Virus record (IMG/VR): IMGVR_UViG_3300022555_000031
Span: 1 to 64,000 of that record
Direction: 5' to 3' (one strand)
DNA from: a virus
Taxonomy: Duplodnaviria > Caudoviricetes
Length of the DNA stretch: 64,000 nt
Shown here: piece by piece, positions 61,201 through 64,000 of the stretch
Layout: the number at the start of each line of letters is the position of its first letter
Numbering within the stretch: the stretch's first letter is position 1
Notes under the pieces: model-generated
Databases searched by the model: none
What the model was told of the DNA's origin: nothing
The model's input: the letters and a program-made list of their open reading frames with translations, nothing else
Position numbers and translations under genes: made by a program

Positions 61201-62275
61201 GATATACCTTGCGTATCCGCATGAGCTGAAGGCCTATAAAGTCGAAGTTGACTATCTACGCAGTCAGGGCATGGCTGATGCACAAATAAAGGAACAGCTG
61301 ATGGCTGACCTTACGGCGGACAGTGAAGCTGTTATCGACAGGATTCTCCAGCAGGCCAGCATGTTTGGGTTCACCAAGAAAGCCAAGAGGCAGATATACA
61401 ATGGGATAACGTGGGAAGAAGAGTATACCCCGCTGTTGCCGAAGAAGAGAAACTTCTATAGATGGGTTGGACATATGGGGGATGGGTTTACTCATAGATA
61501 TGTGATTCTGAGGGCGGATGTTCCGACCCTGGAGAATGTGGCCAGGGTGGTTGCTCAAAAGGTGGATTCGGATTCTTGTCCGTCTGCGAAATATTTCCAG
61601 GACCTCCAAGAGGCCATTGATTTTGTTGGTGATAATTTTGGTATAGATGTAAGCAACGTAAGACTGACCCCCGTGTCTGCGGGGATATCTCGTAGGGACA
61701 GGGATATTATCGGGTATAAGTTGGTCAACGATATCTCAAAAGCCCTGGAGGATACGACATCTATTCTCTCCCGTGTGGACATGTTTATCGGTGGCAAGTT
61801 TAACGAAGGAGAGAAAACTCCGACAATCTTCGCCCGCTTCATAGAAAATAGTTGGTCAGAGGATATAGCGTTCCTTAAAGGGTCTCTGGGCGGGGCAGAA
61901 GACATGCACACTTTTATTAAGAATATGTGGCAAAGGTTTATACCTCAGAGTTGGAAGCGTGATAACTATATAGTGAAGAATAAAGTTATCCCGATGGCGA
62001 ATAGATTGCTCGATAGCGGATTGACGGCGAATGAGATTCGTGCCGAGTTGCAACGCATTGCCCCAAACAACTATTTTGTGCGGGCCATGATTGAGCATAT
62101 TATTTACACCGAGATAGACCCAACATTAGAGGGCGACAAAGAGAATAAAGATGTTGATATAGACGCTGAATTATCGGAAGCATTAGAGTATAATACGAAT
62201 GACACGGCCCATTTAATGCCGTTACACGATATGCACATCCCAGGGCACCGTGAAGGAATAATAGGGGAAGATTAA
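58202..62275 (+). CDS. large modular protein: one NILLREG tag, HEXXH metallopeptidase-like domain, inactive papain-like domain, P.G..H..GWIR modules, N-terminal QLKLF
   Basis: Tag at 60305; LLHEIAH at 61073; GNAGMFAGAL at 60416; QLKLF at 58238. Confidence 0.85.
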   Translation: MSILLNLHTAEEQLKLFDDSPGKGEVKKEEKPQGRVGFRADWQSIWDEQDDAMYSEYFDWHSTLPAWLSKQWIRRFVIKEDGEQYPIQMLERMSDKQLSGMFKRYYGDALKGQVHTAKREDSLEPTLGGDLGSEQGIPLVNFHSEEDAERFLNATKGLKLNFHWERQGQVVVLNDPRFGSTEVKSYVKGFIDPNEETSYLAGQDMQMMAEAVGKVEKTANQKMTSSSAFIMPNGRLQPVWSHEGWLAEQHRELTEMLDAGWIRISTMSPQEVGLEFSVLDDDSAERIEKFLKVNSFTVVTVDCMDGVKQLKIKDILRDGFWTAFRKAEEGFSYTDESLRYKPYQPQEGVGTDRILPPFASRHTNMTKTALFAGSGVIDPKGNFKTVFTHDNFAEEMGMTPQEVLKAGYVRISVYSLRLVGVQFWEETPEILMRIDNFLVENPYRKVRVEVASKENTYKELSIEDILDFGFEGALHGKAKDREWLPGARKETLTKKADGIFEYDQNAMDAMSDGSRGQQTRSIEYLPQDQKQWWLEYLEKGKKNFPGKKDTVPPESEEGGVSVAGKNAKVKTAGINFVGNYVFYPDGRFEFYKAQIDEHVTYPENWLEWDDRTFGQMMRDGATIGTLWARIDYGWDKEKDIDLGIITYDLEVRNHRGDLSDEQVKKIMDAFGITARPRTRDRGGEEIVMPKDEAINFINGRINILLREGAKKPKGQRDDVGAEEQILEYIENASRFADQGNAGMFAGALYQLMGGGKIYVIMDEAGDVYNVAFFYEDKFYDMMGIVTKEELLDSFQYNGDVDENGVGVKMDLVECNWMDAEYAMPYASAYMDEIISAMMGQESVAEEDDWRKSYNKYMGEYNKWQGEYPEYSSKDWANYKYEPPKDEEITLESLYPDIMQDLAPIFQQYGVGQDILNGLKVIKTHVYAPFYAIMEKQTITLYSLFFGLQEPIRKAKLLHEIAHYIQEKTGTDWGTEEEIKQAIQLETDYKERKITPKEFFEIYLAYPHELKAYKVEVDYLRSQGMADAQIKEQLMADLTADSEAVIDRILQQASMFGFTKKAKRQIYNGITWEEEYTPLLPKKRNFYRWVGHMGDGFTHRYVILRADVPTLENVARVVAQKVDSDSCPSAKYFQDLQEAIDFVGDNFGIDVSNVRLTPVSAGISRRDRDIIGYKLVNDISKALEDTTSILSRVDMFIGGKFNEGEKTPTIFARFIENSWSEDIAFLKGSLGGAEDMHTFIKNMWQRFIPQSWKRDNYIVKNKVIPMANRLLDSGLTANEIRAELQRIAPNNYFVRAMIEHIIYTEIDPTLEGDKENKDVDIDAELSEALEYNTNDTAHLMPLHDMHIPGHREGIIGED

Positions 62276-62299
62276 AGATTCTACAAGGGAGAGCGAACT

Positions 62300-64000
62300 A
62301 TGAGTGACGTCATAAAAAAACTAACTGATTTATTCGGGAGAACACGGCCTTCGGCGATGGCTAAGATGTCATTGGGCCTGGACAAGAGTCCAGAAGTCCA
62401 GCAGATTCTTAACGATATGCCGAAGTCCAATCGCCAAACAGGCTTGGAAGAGAAATACCGTGGCGACTGGAACAATCAGACCAATAAAGAGCAACCTGTC
62501 GAACAGTTACCTAAGCATCCAGGGGAAGAGAAGAAGCAGGACAATGTGGAAGATGATGTTGAGTTGGACGAGCAGGGTAACTCGATACCGAAGAAGCCGA
62601 ATATGTTCGAAAAGATACAAGAGCTTGTGTCCCCGCCTACAATATTTGTAAGCCAAGTCGTGAAGAGACATATGGAGCGGAAGGCCTTTGACAATCCCGA
62701 CCCAGATGCGGACCCGCAGGAAGGGAGAGACACCAGGTTGCTTGACCCAGAGAACCCCGAGTATAAACGTAGGAAGGGGTTTGGTAAACCGTTTGGTGAT
62801 GCCTATGAGGGTGGAGAGTTGAAGTGCAATGTCCCTGCGGTCATGTCTTATGGGGTAGATAAATATGCCAGAGACAAAAACGAAATGACCCCAGCGGAAT
62901 TGGAAAAAATCAAGAAAGAATTCTCTAAAGTAAAATGGGCCCCCAAGAAGGACGCTCTTGTCTCTGAGAAATACAAGAAGAACTTCCATAGCTTCACTGG
63001 CACCATCGCTACAACGAAACAAACGACAACCTATCAGGTGGTAGCAAGGTCGCAAGATACATTCCACGAAGACGTAATATCTTACCCGTTCCAACTGATG
63101 TTAATTCGGACCGTGATAGAGAACAACGCATCCAAGCCAAAAGAGAAGACCCTATTAAACCCTGCACTTACGGGTAACCTTGCGAAGCGTATTACGCTCG
63201 GGTTTACGGAAGCAGAAGCGATGACCTCGTATATGGCCGAAATAAATATCCCAATGAAGGGTGTGGCGTTCACAAGCCTCTCACCAGCAGAGTTGGTTGA
63301 GCAAAAACTGCAATCATGCAGTGACAGCTCGGCTCCAGAAAAGAAAATGATTCATCTGCAAAACGCCATCAATTATGCTGGGCAAGACAATGCACTGAGG
63401 CAGATTGTCTCTAATTTTATCATGTCGGAGTTTAAGGATGGCGAGGATAACCCCTGGTTACAGGAGTTGTTTAGATTCGTGTCATCTGCGAAGATACTCC
63501 GCCCAGAGCAACTGGAGAGCATAGTTTTTAGTTTTTACAAGAAAGTGGGGTTGGCCGAGACCGATGTTCTCAAGATGGACTTCCCGCAAGAAATACTCCG
63601 CAAATGGTTGGATGATGTTATCAAGAATAGGAGCGGTAACGTTAACGTTGAGGCCTTGGTAGTGCAATTAGACGACCTGTCTCTTTGGAAGAAGGTTTAT
63701 AGTGGAACGGAATGGATGAAGATAGTGAAGAAATATGCACCCGAAAGGTATGAGTTGGCTCAGATTGGTGCGACATTTGCCGAGAAGATGCGGAGGATGC
63801 CACGCATACAACAATCGAAAGAGCTTGTTGATGCCGTTAAGCAGATTACGCAACACTATAAAAACAAAACCCCCGAGTGGCAGGCGTTCCAGGATAAGAT
63901 ATCTAAAGGGCGTGTGAGCAGGAAAGACTTGAGTGAGTTCCTTGAGTCTATTGGCGTTAAGGCTGAGGCCTGGACTGACATCTTCCCAGCGAAGACTGTC
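62300..64000 (+). CDS. large hypothetical protein, truncated by window end (>567 aa)
   Basis: Manually translated open frame from ATG 62300 (SD GGGAGAG) to 64000 with no stop; absent from the ORF track. Confidence 0.8.
   Translation, partial: MSDVIKKLTDLFGRTRPSAMAKMSLGLDKSPEVQQILNDMPKSNRQTGLEEKYRGDWNNQTNKEQPVEQLPKHPGEEKKQDNVEDDVELDEQGNSIPKKPNMFEKIQELVSPPTIFVSQVVKRHMERKAFDNPDPDADPQEGRDTRLLDPENPEYKRRKGFGKPFGDAYEGGELKCNVPAVMSYGVDKYARDKNEMTPAELEKIKKEFSKVKWAPKKDALVSEKYKKNFHSFTGTIATTKQTTTYQVVARSQDTFHEDVISYPFQLMLIRTVIENNASKPKEKTLLNPALTGNLAKRITLGFTEAEAMTSYMAEINIPMKGVAFTSLSPAELVEQKLQSCSDSSAPEKKMIHLQNAINYAGQDNALRQIVSNFIMSEFKDGEDNPWLQELFRFVSSAKILRPEQLESIVFSFYKKVGLAETDVLKMDFPQEILRKWLDDVIKNRSGNVNVEALVVQLDDLSLWKKVYSGTEWMKIVKKYAPERYELAQIGATFAEKMRRMPRIQQSKELVDAVKQITQHYKNKTPEWQAFQDKISKGRVSRKDLSEFLESIGVKAEAWTDIFPAKTV

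Noticed and set aside
428-63856. Numerous minus-strand ORFs in the track (for example 8558-9484, 55971-56858, 42740-43486)
   Set aside because: All lie antisense to convincing + strand genes and show no recognisable motifs; they are shadow ORFs of a purine-rich coding strand.
1-64000. Genome-wide amber (TAG) recoding, suggested by in-frame TAG junctions and a phage tRNA-Gln
   Set aside because: ORFs of 1243-2683 codons contain no internal TAG, several genes clearly end at TAG with out-of-frame neighbours, and the tRNA anticodon is TTG, not CTA.
1-64000. Archaeal virus or cellular chromosome origin
   Set aside because: Bacterial beta clamp, sigma70 -35/-10 promoters, strong SD sites, terminase and single-strand dense small ORFs point to a bacterial tailed phage; no housekeeping operons present.
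1-64000. Integrase, transposase or att sites indicating a prophage or IS
   Set aside because: No recombinase or transposase motifs recognised; lifestyle cannot be determined from this window.

Overview
A 64-kb segment of a large tailed dsDNA bacteriophage. Every credible gene is on the + strand in genetic code 11, with strong Shine-Dalgarno sites and four near-consensus sigma70 promoters. The left half (1-31.2 kb) holds DNA metabolism and accessory genes: a RuvC-like resolvase, a dCMP-deaminase-like protein, SbcD and SbcC, a DNA polymerase III beta clamp, DHH and calcineurin-like phosphoesterases, tRNA-Gln, a papain-like protease, HNH and GIY-YIG(T5orf172) nucleases, a Dam-like methylase and many small ORFs. 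The right half (31.2-64 kb) holds packaging and virion genes: a probable TerS, TerL, four giant acidic modular proteins, a collagen-like fibre and a holin-like protein. Two systems stand out. (1) An apparently complete ubiquitin-like conjugation operon (Ubl ending KGG-R, E2-like, JAB, E1/ThiF) lies between sbcD and sbcC, and its E2, JAB, E1 and SbcC frames are collinear and separated only by amber codons. (2) A heptapeptide tag, N-I-L-[LET]-R-E-[GS], occurs 23 times (plus 5 degenerate copies) across five separate genes after terL. It closes ~150-aa modules, many of them diverged paralogues of one unnamed domain, which suggests a tagged or processed virion-cargo polyprotein system. All family assignments come from recognising motifs by eye; no database search was run.
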